Origin: an uncultured Erysipelotrichaceae bacterium
Lineage (GTDB): Bacteria; Bacillota_I; Bacilli_A; RF39; UBA660
Length of the DNA: 64,000 nucleotides
Assembly (NCBI GenBank): GCA_948444795.1
Contig: CAOJUX010000003.1
Coordinates: forward strand, 3,451 to 67,450
Reading direction: 5' to 3'
Shown piece by piece: positions 10,205 to 20,546 of the stretch. The translations under genes and the position numbers were made by a program. Positions within the stretch are counted from its first letter, which is position 1. Each line of letters begins with the position of its first letter. The notes beneath the pieces were generated by a model, which worked only from the letters and a program-made list of their open reading frames with translations, did no database searches and was not told the DNA's origin.

Positions 10205-12142
10205 ATGAAAAAAGTACGATTTTGTTTAAAAGCGACAGCTTTTTTGTTTGTTACCTTTATTATTTGTTTAGTAGGTTTATATACATATGCTTATTTTAGT
10301 CCAAAATTAGAACTTAAAAATATTGGCCAAACATATATGTATGATAGTGAAGAAAAATTAGTTTATCAAGGTAGTGGTAGTAGAGAGTGGGTAAATATAG
10401 ATAATATATCACCTAATTTATTAAATGCTGTTATAAGTGTTGAAGATAAAAATTTTTATAAGCATCAAGGTTTTGATTATTTAAGAATTGCTAAAGCAAT
10501 GCTTAATAATATTAAAAATAAAACTATTGTTGAGGGGGCTAGTACAATTAGTCAGCAATATATTAAAAATATGTATTTGAGCTTTGATAAAACTTGGAAA
10601 AGAAAGATAGAAGAGGCTTTTTTAACTTTAGAACTTGAAGTACATTATGATAAAAATGAAATACTGGAAGGTTATTTAAATACTATTAATTATGGAGCTG
10701 GTAATTACGGAATTATGAATGCAAGTCATTATTACTTTAATAAAGATGCAAAAGATTTATCTTTAGAAGAGGCTATAATACTGGCTGGTATACCTAAGAA
10801 TCCTACTAATTATAATCCAGTTACTCATTATGATGAGGCGATTAAAAGGGCTAGGGTAGTTGCACTTACAATGCTTAATAATAAAGTTATTACGGAAGAT
10901 GTTTATAATAATTTATTTAAAGATAAAATAGAGATTTATGGTAAATCGAATAATGACAATTCACAAATGATCATGTATTATCAAGATGCTGTTTTAGAAG
11001 AATTAAATACTTTAAAAGGAATTCCTTCATCTCTTTTAGATTCTGGAAGTTTAAAAATTTATACTACACTTGATTTAGAAGCACAAAAAACTTTGGAAAA
11101 GGAAATTTTAAATACTATTAATGAAGATGATATGCAAGTTGCAAGTGTTTTGATAGATCCAAAAAGTGGGGGAGTTAAAGCTTTAACAGGAGGAATGGAT
11201 TATTCTAAAAGTCAATATAATAGGGCACTTAAATCTAAAAGACAAGTTGGTTCTACAATGAAACCTTTCCTTTATTATGCAGCCCTTGAAAATGGTATGA
11301 GAAGTTCTACTACTTTTAATAGTGAGCCTACTAATTTCATGTTTGCTAATAATAAAGTTTATAGTCCTAAAAATTATAATGATGTGTATGCTAATAAGAA
11401 TATTACAATGGCTGCTGCTCTTGCTTATTCTGATAATATTTATGCTGTTAAAACTCATTTATTTTTAGGAGAAGATGCACTTGTTAATACAGCTAGAAAG
11501 ACTGGGATAAAAGGGGATTTAATTGCTAATCCATCACTTGCTCTTGGAACCAGTGAACTTAATATGTTAGATTTTGCAAATGGTTATATAACCTTAGCAA
11601 GTGGAGGTGAGAAGAAAGATAATTATTTTATTGAAAGAGTAGAGGATTTGGATGGAAATATATTATATCAACATAAAAGTGAGAAAAAATTAGTTTTAAA
11701 TTCAAATTATGTATATATTTTAAATGAGATGTTATCTAATACAAGTAATAGTAATTTTATAAGTTATACTTCTCCAACTGCACTTTCTATAGCCAATAAA
11801 ATGAGTAGAAAGTATGCTTTAAAAACTGGAACAACTAATACTGATTACTGGACTGTAGGTTATAATAAAGATGCACTGCTTATGATTTGGACAGGAATGG
11901 ATGATTCATCAAATATATCTGATAAAGCTAGCAGTTATGGTAAAAATATATGGATTAATACAATAGAGGAGTATTTAAAAGATAAAAATAGTGATTGGTA
12001 CGAAACTCCTAGTAATGTAGTAGGGGTATTGCTTGATCCAATAAGTGGAAAAGAAATAAGTAAGAAACCCGCCCTTTTCTATTTTGAAAAGGGTACTGAA
12101 AATAGTTATGATAGTGTTTCAGTTAATAAAGAAGAAGAGTAA
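10205..12142 (+). CDS. bifunctional class A penicillin-binding protein (transglycosylase/transpeptidase)
   Basis: N-terminal TM segment; GT51 motifs EDKNFYKHQGFD and GASTISQQ; transpeptidase motifs STMKP (SxxK), YSDN (SxN), KTGTT. Confidence 0.93.
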   Translation: MKKVRFCLKATAFLFVTFIICLVGLYTYAYFSPKLELKNIGQTYMYDSEEKLVYQGSGSREWVNIDNISPNLLNAVISVEDKNFYKHQGFDYLRIAKAMLNNIKNKTIVEGASTISQQYIKNMYLSFDKTWKRKIEEAFLTLELEVHYDKNEILEGYLNTINYGAGNYGIMNASHYYFNKDAKDLSLEEAIILAGIPKNPTNYNPVTHYDEAIKRARVVALTMLNNKVITEDVYNNLFKDKIEIYGKSNNDNSQMIMYYQDAVLEELNTLKGIPSSLLDSGSLKIYTTLDLEAQKTLEKEILNTINEDDMQVASVLIDPKSGGVKALTGGMDYSKSQYNRALKSKRQVGSTMKPFLYYAALENGMRSSTTFNSEPTNFMFANNKVYSPKNYNDVYANKNITMAAALAYSDNIYAVKTHLFLGEDALVNTARKTGIKGDLIANPSLALGTSELNMLDFANGYITLASGGEKKDNYFIERVEDLDGNILYQHKSEKKLVLNSNYVYILNEMLSNTSNSNFISYTSPTALSIANKMSRKYALKTGTTNTDYWTVGYNKDALLMIWTGMDDSSNISDKASSYGKNIWINTIEEYLKDKNSDWYETPSNVVGVLLDPISGKEISKKPALFYFEKGTENSYDSVSVNKEEE

Positions 12143-12172
12143 CAAATTTATAAAATTTACTCTTCTTTTATT
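12131..12172. terminator. bidirectional stem-loop terminator between the PBP gene and the convergent pseudogene
   Basis: gaagaagagta (12131..12141) pairs with tactcttcttt (12158..12168); T-run on the plus strand, A-run upstream. Confidence 0.6.
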
Positions 12173-13163
12173 TAAGATACATTATTGTGTTAGGAAATTC
12201 ATAAACTGATATACCATCGCTTGCTGGATTAAAGTCATTATCTGCTGTAAATTTTATTTTAGAAAATACTACATCATTTTCTAGCATAAAATATATATGA
12301 AGAAATCCCCAAGTATTAATGCTAGCTTTACCACCACTATATGTTGATAAGGTGTTTATTTTAGATGAATTGGCGTTATTACTAGCAGAAAATATTAATA
12401 CTATAGGTTTTATAAGTTTATTATTAACTGCTTCTTTTAATGTATAATATGTATTATTTAAATATAATTTGATATTACTAATAGAATTAAATCCGTATCC
12501 TCCTCCGCCAAATTGCACAGTTATTATAGAATTAGAGGAACTTACTCTAGATATTGGTGTTTCATTTTCACCTTTTGTTATATTAAAATGATACCCACCA
12601 TTGTTTTCTGAAGATAAACTTTTTTGAATAGATTCTGCAGAAGGAACTTCATTTATATTAGATTCAATATAATTAATCCCTGGATGATTATTATAATTTC
12701 TTGTTGAGATTTTATTTCCAGTTAAACTTTTAAAAACTATTTTATCATTATAACCATTTTCTACTTCATTTAATGAACTATCGCCATAATTATAATCTGT
12801 TGTTTGTTTATCAAATGTTAGTGTACAAGCTGTTCCTGTTTCTTTTAAATTTGATACATTTGCACTCCAAGTAATTTCATTCCAAGTTACATTTGCTCCA
12901 TTTGTACATTCTGATTTAATTAGATGATAATTATTGCCTTTTCTGGTAAAGTATTTGTTTTTTCTCCATCTACTACAAAGGCAAATTTAATATCTCCTCC
13001 TATAAAATCTGGCACTTTTCCTTCTAGTATATTAAATGTTTTACTTGTTTCAAAAAGTGCAAAACTTCTATATACTAAAATACCCCCCCCCCAGTACTAG
13101 GACTAGGGCTATTACGCTTAGGAGGGTGTATTTTAGTTTTTTATTCTTTTCATATTTTTTCAT
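12168..13163 (-). pseudogene. frameshifted paralog of the 44309..45343 secreted protein (SipW/TasA-type signal peptide family)
   Basis: AGGAGG RBS plus ATG 13163 gives MKKYEKNKKLKYTLLSVIALVLVLGGG, then a stop after the G10 tract. Continuing in the -1 G frame gives ...FALFETSKTFNILEGKVPDFIGGDIKFAFVVDGEK..., colinear with the intact paralog. A second 1-nt frameshift lies at about 12937-12944 (A4 run). The remaining frame is open to 12168, and its C-terminus (YYTLKEAVNNKLIKPIV...YFMLEND) matches the paralog. Confidence 0.8.
13083..13092 (-). repeat. homopolymeric G10 tract (C10 on plus strand) inside the signal-peptide coding region
   Basis: Ten consecutive C bases at 13083..13092. The gene is in frame with 9 or 12 G and out of frame with 10. 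Confidence 0.95.
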
Positions 13164-13239
13164 TTTTCTTCCTCCTATTTTATATCAATATTATAACCCA
13201 CTATTATTCATAATTCAATTAGTAATAATAGAAATATTT

Positions 13240-14259
13240 TTAATTGTCTTTAGTTATACAAAATACAGCATATAAAGGAACTGATTTTATATTGTTTTTA
13301 AAACCAAAGTTTTTGGTAGATATAATAATACTATATATTGGATTATATTTTTCAATATAAGCTTTTAAACTAGCATGAGTAGTTCTTCTTCCTGCTTTTA
13401 CTTCTATCGGAATTATGTTGCCTTCTTTTTTTATTAGAAAGTTTATTTCGTATTTATTAAATTTATAATAATATAATTCTTTATATTTAGAATATAATTT
13501 GCATGCCACATAGTTTTCAGCGAGTACATCATATTTGGGTTTAATAAAATTTCACGATAATTTATGTTTAATAATTCTCTTAAAAGGCCTGGATCACTTA
13601 GATATATTTTAAATTTTTTATTGTCTATGCATGATTTAATGGACTAAACATTTATTTACTAAATTACATTTAAGTATCATATTACTTGCACATAACCAGT
13701 CAATACTTGTTTAATATCTAGATTTTCTTGCTGATTTGTCTGCTAAATATGATATTTTTATTTCTTATTGAAGTTTAGATATATCTTCTACCCAAGTTTT
13801 ATCATTATTAATAAAAATTTTTATAACTTCGGACATAATTCCAATACATAAGTGATTTTTGTATAAATCTAAAGCTTTATTGTGTATTGATTCTATTATT
13901 TTGGTATTGTTCATGTAATGAGTTTTAATTTCTTTTATAAGATTATTCTCTTTAATGGCTATTAAAAATTCTTCAAAGTCCATTTGATATATTCCATATT
14001 TACTTTGCCAACAGGAAAAGATGAAAAAAATCTTTTTATTTTTAAAACTAATAACCAGTACATATTATTTTATATGGTTTATTGCTTTCACAGAAATATT
14101 TTAATATGTTATAGCTTCTTCTTTCTCTAAGTTTATATATAAATATTTTTCTTGACAAAATTTTTCAATTGTATAAGTTTTACCAGTTTGTCTTGCTCCG
14201 ATAATCATTAAGAGCTTTTAATGCCATTTTAATAATCTTTCTGTTATTTTTCTATACAT
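13240..14259 (-). pseudogene. degraded AAA+ ATPase gene (COG1373 / DUF4143-type)
   Basis: Minus-strand fragments: MYRKITERLLKWH*, then LLMIIGARQTGKTYTIEKF (Walker A), a middle fragment 13765..13983, and a C-terminal fragment 13240..13509 (IPIEVKAG...). These are interrupted by stops and frameshifts. Confidence 0.7.
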
Positions 14260-14414
14260 AAAAATATCATCTAGATATATTAGGTACTTTATTTTTTGTA
14301 AAAATCAAGCCAAAAAATATTTTCGTACATTTTGGACATTCTTTACTATATTTTTTGTACATTTTGTACGTTTTTGAATATTTTTTTAATATAAAAAAAT
14401 AATTGATTTAACAA

Positions 14415-15911
14415 TTATTTATCAATTTTGATTGTAATTTGGTATATTCCACTTAGGTCTGCCTCTTCTATTTCGGCATAGAAACCTTTTTTATTTAAAT
14501 CATCAACAGTTTCTCTTACAGTACTAATAGCAGTTTTTAAGTCTAAGCCTGCTTTTTCTTCTTGTTTTTCTTGATAATCTGGTGCAAGAGTTACAATACT
14601 ATCCACTGGATCTACTATTTCTTCAGATTTTTTTGGTTCTTCTTTTATTAATTCTTCAGCTTCTAAAGTACTTTCAAATGTTTCTGGCGATGGGAATTCT
14701 TTTACTTCTTCTTTTTGTGGTTCTAAATTTGGAAAAAAATCAGCATCAAAAGGATTTAATTCATCAGGTATATTATCTTTTGACTCTTCTAAATCATCTA
14801 AAGTCTCAACATTTGAAGGTTCTTTTAATTGATCTTGTACAATATCAGTTAAAATATTTGTGTTTTTATCTCCTTCTATAATTGGATTTTTTTCGTCTTC
14901 TATTATATCAGTTGTTGTTGGATTTAATTTTTCTTGATTATTTTCTGTTATAAATTCTTCTACTGCTTGATTTTCAGGTTCTTTGAGTGGTTCTGTTATA
15001 TCTATATTTGGATTATTAAATAAGCTAAATATTTCATTATCATCTCCCATATCCATATTTGCTTCCTCATCTTCTAAAAAATTAAAAAACTTATTTTGCT
15101 GTTGAGGCTTTATTGGATCTTTTGGTGGAATTATTTCTTCATTTTTTGATTCTTTAGTAATTTCTAAAGTAGCATCAGGTGTTAGCATACTTTCTATATC
15201 ATGTGGTTTTCTTACGACATTAATGTCTTCAGCATTATTTATAATATTATCTAAATCAGGATTTATATTTACTAAAGGAATAGATGCTTCTGAATCTTCA
15301 GCATCAGGATTTTTATATTTTTTAAGTTCAGTATCTAACTGTCTTACAGTCATTCTTTCACTAATAATTCTATTTAACCATTCTCTTTGTTCTTCTTTAG
15401 TATCTAAAGTAAGTAGTGCCCTTGCATGACGCTCTGATATACGCTCATTTAGAAGAGCATCTTGAACTTCAGCATCTAAATTTAAAAGTCTTAATTTATT
15501 TGCAATCGTAGATTGAGATACACCCATTTTTTTGGCCAGTTGCTCTTGAGTTAAATATCCTCTATCTAATAAATTTTTATAAGATTTTGCTTCTTCTATA
15601 GAAGTTAAATTTCTTCTTTGAATATTTTCTACTAATGCTACTTCGGCACTTTTATTATCATCTATATTAGAAATTACAACTGGAACTTCCGTTAAACCCG
15701 CTTGAGTTGCTGCTTTATATCTTCTTTCACCAGCAATTATTTCAAATTTATCTCCAAGTTTTCTTACTACTATAGGTTGAATGATACCATGTTGTTTGAT
15801 TGAATCAGAAAGTTCATTTAATCCTTCTTCATTAAATGTTAATCTAGGTTGAAATCTATTAGGAATTATTTCCTCAATTGGCACCATTTGAATATTATTC
15901 TCCATATTCAT
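14415..15911 (-). CDS. parB: ParB/Spo0J-family partition protein with a long acidic low-complexity insertion
   Basis: N-terminal ParB box IAGERRYKAA and HTH GVSQSTIANKLRLL. This is followed by about 250 aa of E/D/P/N-rich sequence and a short C-terminal domain. Confidence 0.88.
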   Translation of the reverse strand: MNMENNIQMVPIEEIIPNRFQPRLTFNEEGLNELSDSIKQHGIIQPIVVRKLGDKFEIIAGERRYKAATQAGLTEVPVVISNIDDNKSAEVALVENIQRRNLTSIEEAKSYKNLLDRGYLTQEQLAKKMGVSQSTIANKLRLLNLDAEVQDALLNERISERHARALLTLDTKEEQREWLNRIISERMTVRQLDTELKKYKNPDAEDSEASIPLVNINPDLDNIINNAEDINVVRKPHDIESMLTPDATLEITKESKNEEIIPPKDPIKPQQQNKFFNFLEDEEANMDMGDDNEIFSLFNNPNIDITEPLKEPENQAVEEFITENNQEKLNPTTTDIIEDEKNPIIEGDKNTNILTDIVQDQLKEPSNVETLDDLEESKDNIPDELNPFDADFFPNLEPQKEEVKEFPSPETFESTLEAEELIKEEPKKSEEIVDPVDSIVTLAPDYQEKQEEKAGLDLKTAISTVRETVDDLNKKGFYAEIEEADLSGIYQITIKIDK

Positions 15912-15946
15912 TTTATCAGCCCCTTTATTCTATTATTAATAATAAA

Positions 15947-16660
15947 CTATTTATTATTTTTTTTCAATGGTTTCTTTCGAATTTTGTCATAACTTCGTGG
16001 ATATATATCTTTTGTTTTAGCGGTGTGTTTTATTTTTAATATAGTCCTAAAACCAGCATTTTTAGGCAAATTAAATTCTTCTTTGGTAATTAACTTTGCA
16101 TTTAATTCTGGTAAAGCACTTTCTAAATCATTTATTTCTTCTTTAATATTAGCTTTGAGTGGAATAAAGTATCCATTTATTTTTAAAGCCGGAATAGAAA
16201 TTTCAGCTAATATAGATAATGAAGCTACTGCTCGTGATGTTACTATATCAAATTTTTCTTTATTTTGAGATATATAGTTTTCAGCTCTATCATGAATTAA
16301 TTTAATATTATTTAATTTTAATATATCATTTAAATATTCTAAAAATTTTATTTTCTTATTGTTAGAATCAAGTAATATAAAACTAGTATAGGGACAAACA
16401 ATTGCTAAAACCATCCCCGGAAATCCTGCTCCTGTTCCTATATCAAGTACAATATCATTATCATTTATATATTTTTTTAGTGTTAGGGAGTCATAAAAAT
16501 GTTTTAAATATACACTTTCTTTGTCTCTTATAGCAGTTAAATTTGTATGTTTGTTATATTCTAAGAGTATTTCTTGATAATCATTTAATTTTTTTAGTTG
16601 TTCTTCTTTTAATTCTATATTTAGTTTTTTTAATTCATTTATAAATTCTTGTTCATTCAT
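15947..16660 (-). CDS. rsmG: 16S rRNA (guanine527-N7)-methyltransferase
   Basis: SAM motif DIGTGAGFPG, GidB-family length, and position after mnmG. Confidence 0.93.
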   Translation of the reverse strand: MNEQEFINELKKLNIELKEEQLKKLNDYQEILLEYNKHTNLTAIRDKESVYLKHFYDSLTLKKYINDNDIVLDIGTGAGFPGMVLAIVCPYTSFILLDSNNKKIKFLEYLNDILKLNNIKLIHDRAENYISQNKEKFDIVTSRAVASLSILAEISIPALKINGYFIPLKANIKEEINDLESALPELNAKLITKEEFNLPKNAGFRTILKIKHTAKTKDIYPRSYDKIRKKPLKKNNK

Positions 16661-18515
16661 TTTTACTATATTCCTTTTTTAAATATACTGAAAGAATGGA
16701 AATGTCAGCAGGATTTACACCACTTATTCTTGATGCTTGGCCAATTGATATTGGTCTAATTTCTTTTAATTTTTGTCTAGCTTCACTGGCTAAATTATTA
16801 ACTTTATCATAATCAATATCTGTTGGTATTTTTTTATTTTCAAGTTTATTCATTTTTTCTATTTCTTTTTTGGTTTTATTTATATACCCTTCATATTTAA
16901 TTTCAATACTAACTTCTTCTAAAATATCATCATCAAAATTAAATTTATATAAGTCGTTTAAAAATTCTATTGTTATTTCTGGTCTTCTTAATAAATCTAA
17001 AAGATTTGTTTTATTTATAGGAAGTGACCAATTATTGTGAAAAAAAATATTTTTTATTTTGGGAGTTAATTCAAGTTTAGTTTTACTTAATAATTCTTTT
17101 AAATTTTTAATATTTTTTACTCTTTTTTTATAATTTTCATACATTTTTTCAGTAATAGTATTGTATTCATAAGCTATTGGTCTTAATCTAAGATCTGAGT
17201 TATCATGTCTTAAAAGTAAACGATATTCAGCACGGGATGTTAGCATTCTGTAGGGTTCTTTTGTCCCTTTTGTAATTAAATCATCTATTAATACCCCAAT
17301 ATATGAATCATTTCTTTTTAAAATTAATGGATTTTTATTATCTAATTTACAAACAGCATTTATTCCTGCAATAAGACCTTGTCCCGCTGCTTCTTCATAG
17401 CCGCTTGTTCCATTTATTTGACCAGCAGTAAAAAGATTTTTTATTTTTTTTGTTTCTAAGGAAATATTAAGCTCTAATGGATCAAGGGCATCATATTCGA
17501 TAGCATAGGCATATTTAGTTATTATAGCATTTTCAAGTCCTTTCAAACTATGAACCATTAGTTCTTGAACATCTTCGGGCATGCTTGTAGAAAAACCTTG
17601 AATATACCACTCATCATAATATAAACTTTCTGGTTCTAGGAATAATTGATGTTTATCTTTATCTTTAAATCTTACTATTTTATCTTCAATTGAAGGGCAA
17701 TAACGAGGTCCAATTCCGTTTACATATCCACCATACATACTCGACTTGTCTAAATTGTTTAAAATTATTTGTTTAGTTTCTTCTGTTGTATATATTAAAT
17801 AGCATTTTTGTTGATCATCTATGTTATAAAAGGGTTTATCATCATGAGAAAAAGTATAGTATTTATTATCTCCTAGTTCTTCTTGCATTTTAGTAAAATC
17901 AATAGATGATGCTTTAATTCTTGGAGGAGTACCTGTTTTTAATCTTTGGATTTTAAAGCCTAATTTTTTTAGATTATCACTTAAAAAATTACTTCTTTCT
18001 TCACCATGAGGTCCTGATGGTATTCTTTTATCTCCTCTTAAGATATCACTTTTTAAATAAGTTCCTGTTGTTAAAATTAAAGCTTTACATAGTATTTTTT
18101 CCGTAGTACTTAACACAATTCCTTTTATAGTTTCATTTTCTACTAATAGATCTTCTACTGTTGCTTCTTTTATTTCTAAATTTTCAGTATTATTTAAAGC
18201 ATTTAACATATTTTGGGGATATGTAATTTTATCTGCTTGAGCTCTTAAAGATCTTACTGCAGGGCCTTTTTTACTATTTAACATTTTAATTTGAAAATGA
18301 GATTTATCAGCTATTTTCCCCATAAGACCACCTAAAGCATCAATATCTCTTACTATTACCCCTTTAGCAGTTCCACCAATTGAAGGATTACATGGCATAT
18401 CAGCTATATTTTTTTTGTTTGTTGTTATTAATAAAGTTTTTTTCCCCATAAAAGCACAAATATGAGCAGCTTCACACCCAGCATGTCCTCCACCTACTAC
18501 AATAATATCATACAT
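16653..18515 (-). CDS. mnmG: tRNA uridine 5-carboxymethylaminomethyl modification enzyme
   Basis: FAD motif VVGGGHAGCEAA; 620 aa; mnmE-mnmG-rsmG order. Confidence 0.97.
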   Translation of the reverse strand: MYDIIVVGGGHAGCEAAHICAFMGKKTLLITTNKKNIADMPCNPSIGGTAKGVIVRDIDALGGLMGKIADKSHFQIKMLNSKKGPAVRSLRAQADKITYPQNMLNALNNTENLEIKEATVEDLLVENETIKGIVLSTTEKILCKALILTTGTYLKSDILRGDKRIPSGPHGEERSNFLSDNLKKLGFKIQRLKTGTPPRIKASSIDFTKMQEELGDNKYYTFSHDDKPFYNIDDQQKCYLIYTTEETKQIILNNLDKSSMYGGYVNGIGPRYCPSIEDKIVRFKDKDKHQLFLEPESLYYDEWYIQGFSTSMPEDVQELMVHSLKGLENAIITKYAYAIEYDALDPLELNISLETKKIKNLFTAGQINGTSGYEEAAGQGLIAGINAVCKLDNKNPLILKRNDSYIGVLIDDLITKGTKEPYRMLTSRAEYRLLLRHDNSDLRLRPIAYEYNTITEKMYENYKKRVKNIKNLKELLSKTKLELTPKIKNIFFHNNWSLPINKTNLLDLLRRPEITIEFLNDLYKFNFDDDILEEVSIEIKYEGYINKTKKEIEKMNKLENKKIPTDIDYDKVNNLASEARQKLKEIRPISIGQASRISGVNPADISILSVYLKKEYSKNE

Positions 18516-18528
18516 TTTTAATCCTCCT

Positions 18529-19872
18529 TTATTTACCTAAACAGAAATTTTTAAATAATTTATCTATTAACTCGTCTTCGTAAGTTTCTCCTATGAGAAT
18601 TCCTAAAATATTCCAAGATTCTCTTATATATGATTCAATTATATCAACAGGAATATTATTTTGGTTTTCTTTTATTGCCTCTTCTATTTCTTTTAAGGCT
18701 TTTTCTACTAAATTAATTTGTCTAACATTTGATAAATAAGTGCTATCTTTGGTATTTATTTTATCAAGATTATATATTTTTATTATTTCTTCCTTTAATT
18801 TTTCTAAACCATTTATATCTTTGGTATTACCTATTATAAATGATTCTTTTAAATCTAGTTTATTTTCTAAATCACTTTTATTTATAAATATAATATGAGG
18901 TTTATCTTTTACTTTTTCTAATAATTCTTGATCTTCTTCTTGTATTGGTTCATTATTATTTAATACTAAAATTACCAAATCACTATTATTTATTTTATTA
19001 CGACTTTTTTCAACACCTATTTTTTCGACAAAATCTTTAGTTTCTCTAATACCAGCTGTATCATATAGATTTATTTCTATTCCATTTAATATAGTTTTTG
19101 CTTCTATTATATCTCTGGTTGTTCCTGATATATCTGTTACTATAGCTTTATCTTCATTTAATAAAGCATTTAAAATTGAACTTTTTCCTACATTTGGTCT
19201 ACCTATTAATGATATATCAATCCCAGACTTTATAATTTTACCTATTTTAGCATTTTTTAAAAGTAAATCTAAATCTTTTTTTATATCATTAAGTTCATTA
19301 TTTAAATAGTTATTAGTAACTTCTATCGCATCATCATATTCAGGATAATCAATGTTTACTTCAATATTTGCAATAAGATTTAGTTCTTTTTCTCTTATTT
19401 GTTTGATAATATTAGTTAAACGACCATTTAAACCATTTAGAGCCATTTTTCTTTGTTCATCGCTTTGAGATTTAATTAAATCTTCTACTGATTCAGCTTC
19501 TATAAGATCAAGACGACCATTTAAAAAAGCTCTTTTAGTAAATTCTCCAGGCTCGGCAAGTCTTGCTCCACTTTTTAGTAATATATCTAGTATTTTATTA
19601 GCCATTATTATTCCACCATGACAATTTATTTCAATAACATCTTCTGTGGTATAAGTTTTAGGAGCACGCATTATTGATAATAATACTTCATCTATTATTT
19701 CATTTTCATAAATTATATGCCCGTAATTTATAGTATTACTTGCAAGTGTTGTTATATCATGTTCTTTAAATATTTTATTTGTTATAGTTATTGCTTGGCT
19801 TCCACTTAATCTTACAATTGATATTGCACCAAGTCCAATAGATGTTGATATTGCTGCTATGGTATCTTCCAT
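18529..19872 (-). CDS. mnmE: tRNA modification GTPase
   Basis: G1 motif GRPNVGKSS, DTAG motif, and C-terminal CxGK (FCLGK). Confidence 0.96.
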   Translation of the reverse strand: MEDTIAAISTSIGLGAISIVRLSGSQAITITNKIFKEHDITTLASNTINYGHIIYENEIIDEVLLSIMRAPKTYTTEDVIEINCHGGIIMANKILDILLKSGARLAEPGEFTKRAFLNGRLDLIEAESVEDLIKSQSDEQRKMALNGLNGRLTNIIKQIREKELNLIANIEVNIDYPEYDDAIEVTNNYLNNELNDIKKDLDLLLKNAKIGKIIKSGIDISLIGRPNVGKSSILNALLNEDKAIVTDISGTTRDIIEAKTILNGIEINLYDTAGIRETKDFVEKIGVEKSRNKINNSDLVILVLNNNEPIQEEDQELLEKVKDKPHIIFINKSDLENKLDLKESFIIGNTKDINGLEKLKEEIIKIYNLDKINTKDSTYLSNVRQINLVEKALKEIEEAIKENQNNIPVDIIESYIRESWNILGILIGETYEDELIDKLFKNFCLGK

Positions 19873-19932
19873 TTTGATTACCTCCTTTATTGATATAAAT
19901 TATTTCCCAGGAAATAATTTATAAAACCTAGT

Positions 19933-20538
19933 TTATTTAGAACTAGGTTTTATAATAACATGTCTATTAGGCTCCTCACCTTCACTAATTGTAGTAACTC
20001 CTTGATAATTTACTAAAGCATTGTGAACTAATCTTCTTTCGTAAGAATTCATATTTTCTAATATTGCTAAAGTATTTGTAGATTTTACCTCTTTTGCTGT
20101 TTTTAAAGCTAAGACTTCTATTTTTTTAGCTAACGCTTCTTTATAATCTTCAACATCTAATAATAAATATATTTTATAGTTATAATTAACATAAATATAT
20201 TGCTTAGATAAATTAGTTAATGCTTCTAAAGTACGTCCATTTTTGCCGATTAGAATATTATTGTTTGATGAAAACATTTTTATATTTATTTTTTCATTTA
20301 TTATTTTTATCTCAAAAGTTACTTCTAATCCTAGGTTTTTAATAATATTGGTTAAATAATTTTGAATTTCTTTGGCAATATCATATTTTGTACTAGCATT
20401 TATTTTATACTTTTTAAATATATTTGTTTTAATTTCTTCTATACTATAAATTATTTCATTACTACTAGCATTCAAATCAGTACATACTTTTTTTATTAGG
20501 GCTTGTTCATTAGTTCCTTCATTTGTTACTACATTCAT
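19933..20538 (-). CDS. jag: Jag/KhpB RNA-binding protein (KH + R3H domains)
   Basis: Position after yidC, and the C-terminal R3H-like segment ERRLVHNAL. Confidence 0.85.
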   Translation of the reverse strand: MNVVTNEGTNEQALIKKVCTDLNASSNEIIYSIEEIKTNIFKKYKINASTKYDIAKEIQNYLTNIIKNLGLEVTFEIKIINEKINIKMFSSNNNILIGKNGRTLEALTNLSKQYIYVNYNYKIYLLLDVEDYKEALAKKIEVLALKTAKEVKSTNTLAILENMNSYERRLVHNALVNYQGVTTISEGEEPNRHVIIKPSSK

Positions 20539-20546
20539 TTTTAATC

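Noticed and set aside
13036-13275. 79-aa plus-strand ORF across the poly-C tract.
   Set aside because: It is antisense to the 5' end, RBS and promoter of the frameshifted paralog. The product is low-complexity, and the minus-strand reading is supported by colinearity with the intact paralog.
14320-14375. Reiterated GTACATTTTG motifs (tcgtacattttggacatt / tgtacattttgtacg) between parB and the ATPase pseudogene, considered as an operator or partition site.
   Set aside because: The motifs are very short, lie in front of a dead gene, and resemble neither parS nor any operator I know. The evidence is insufficient.
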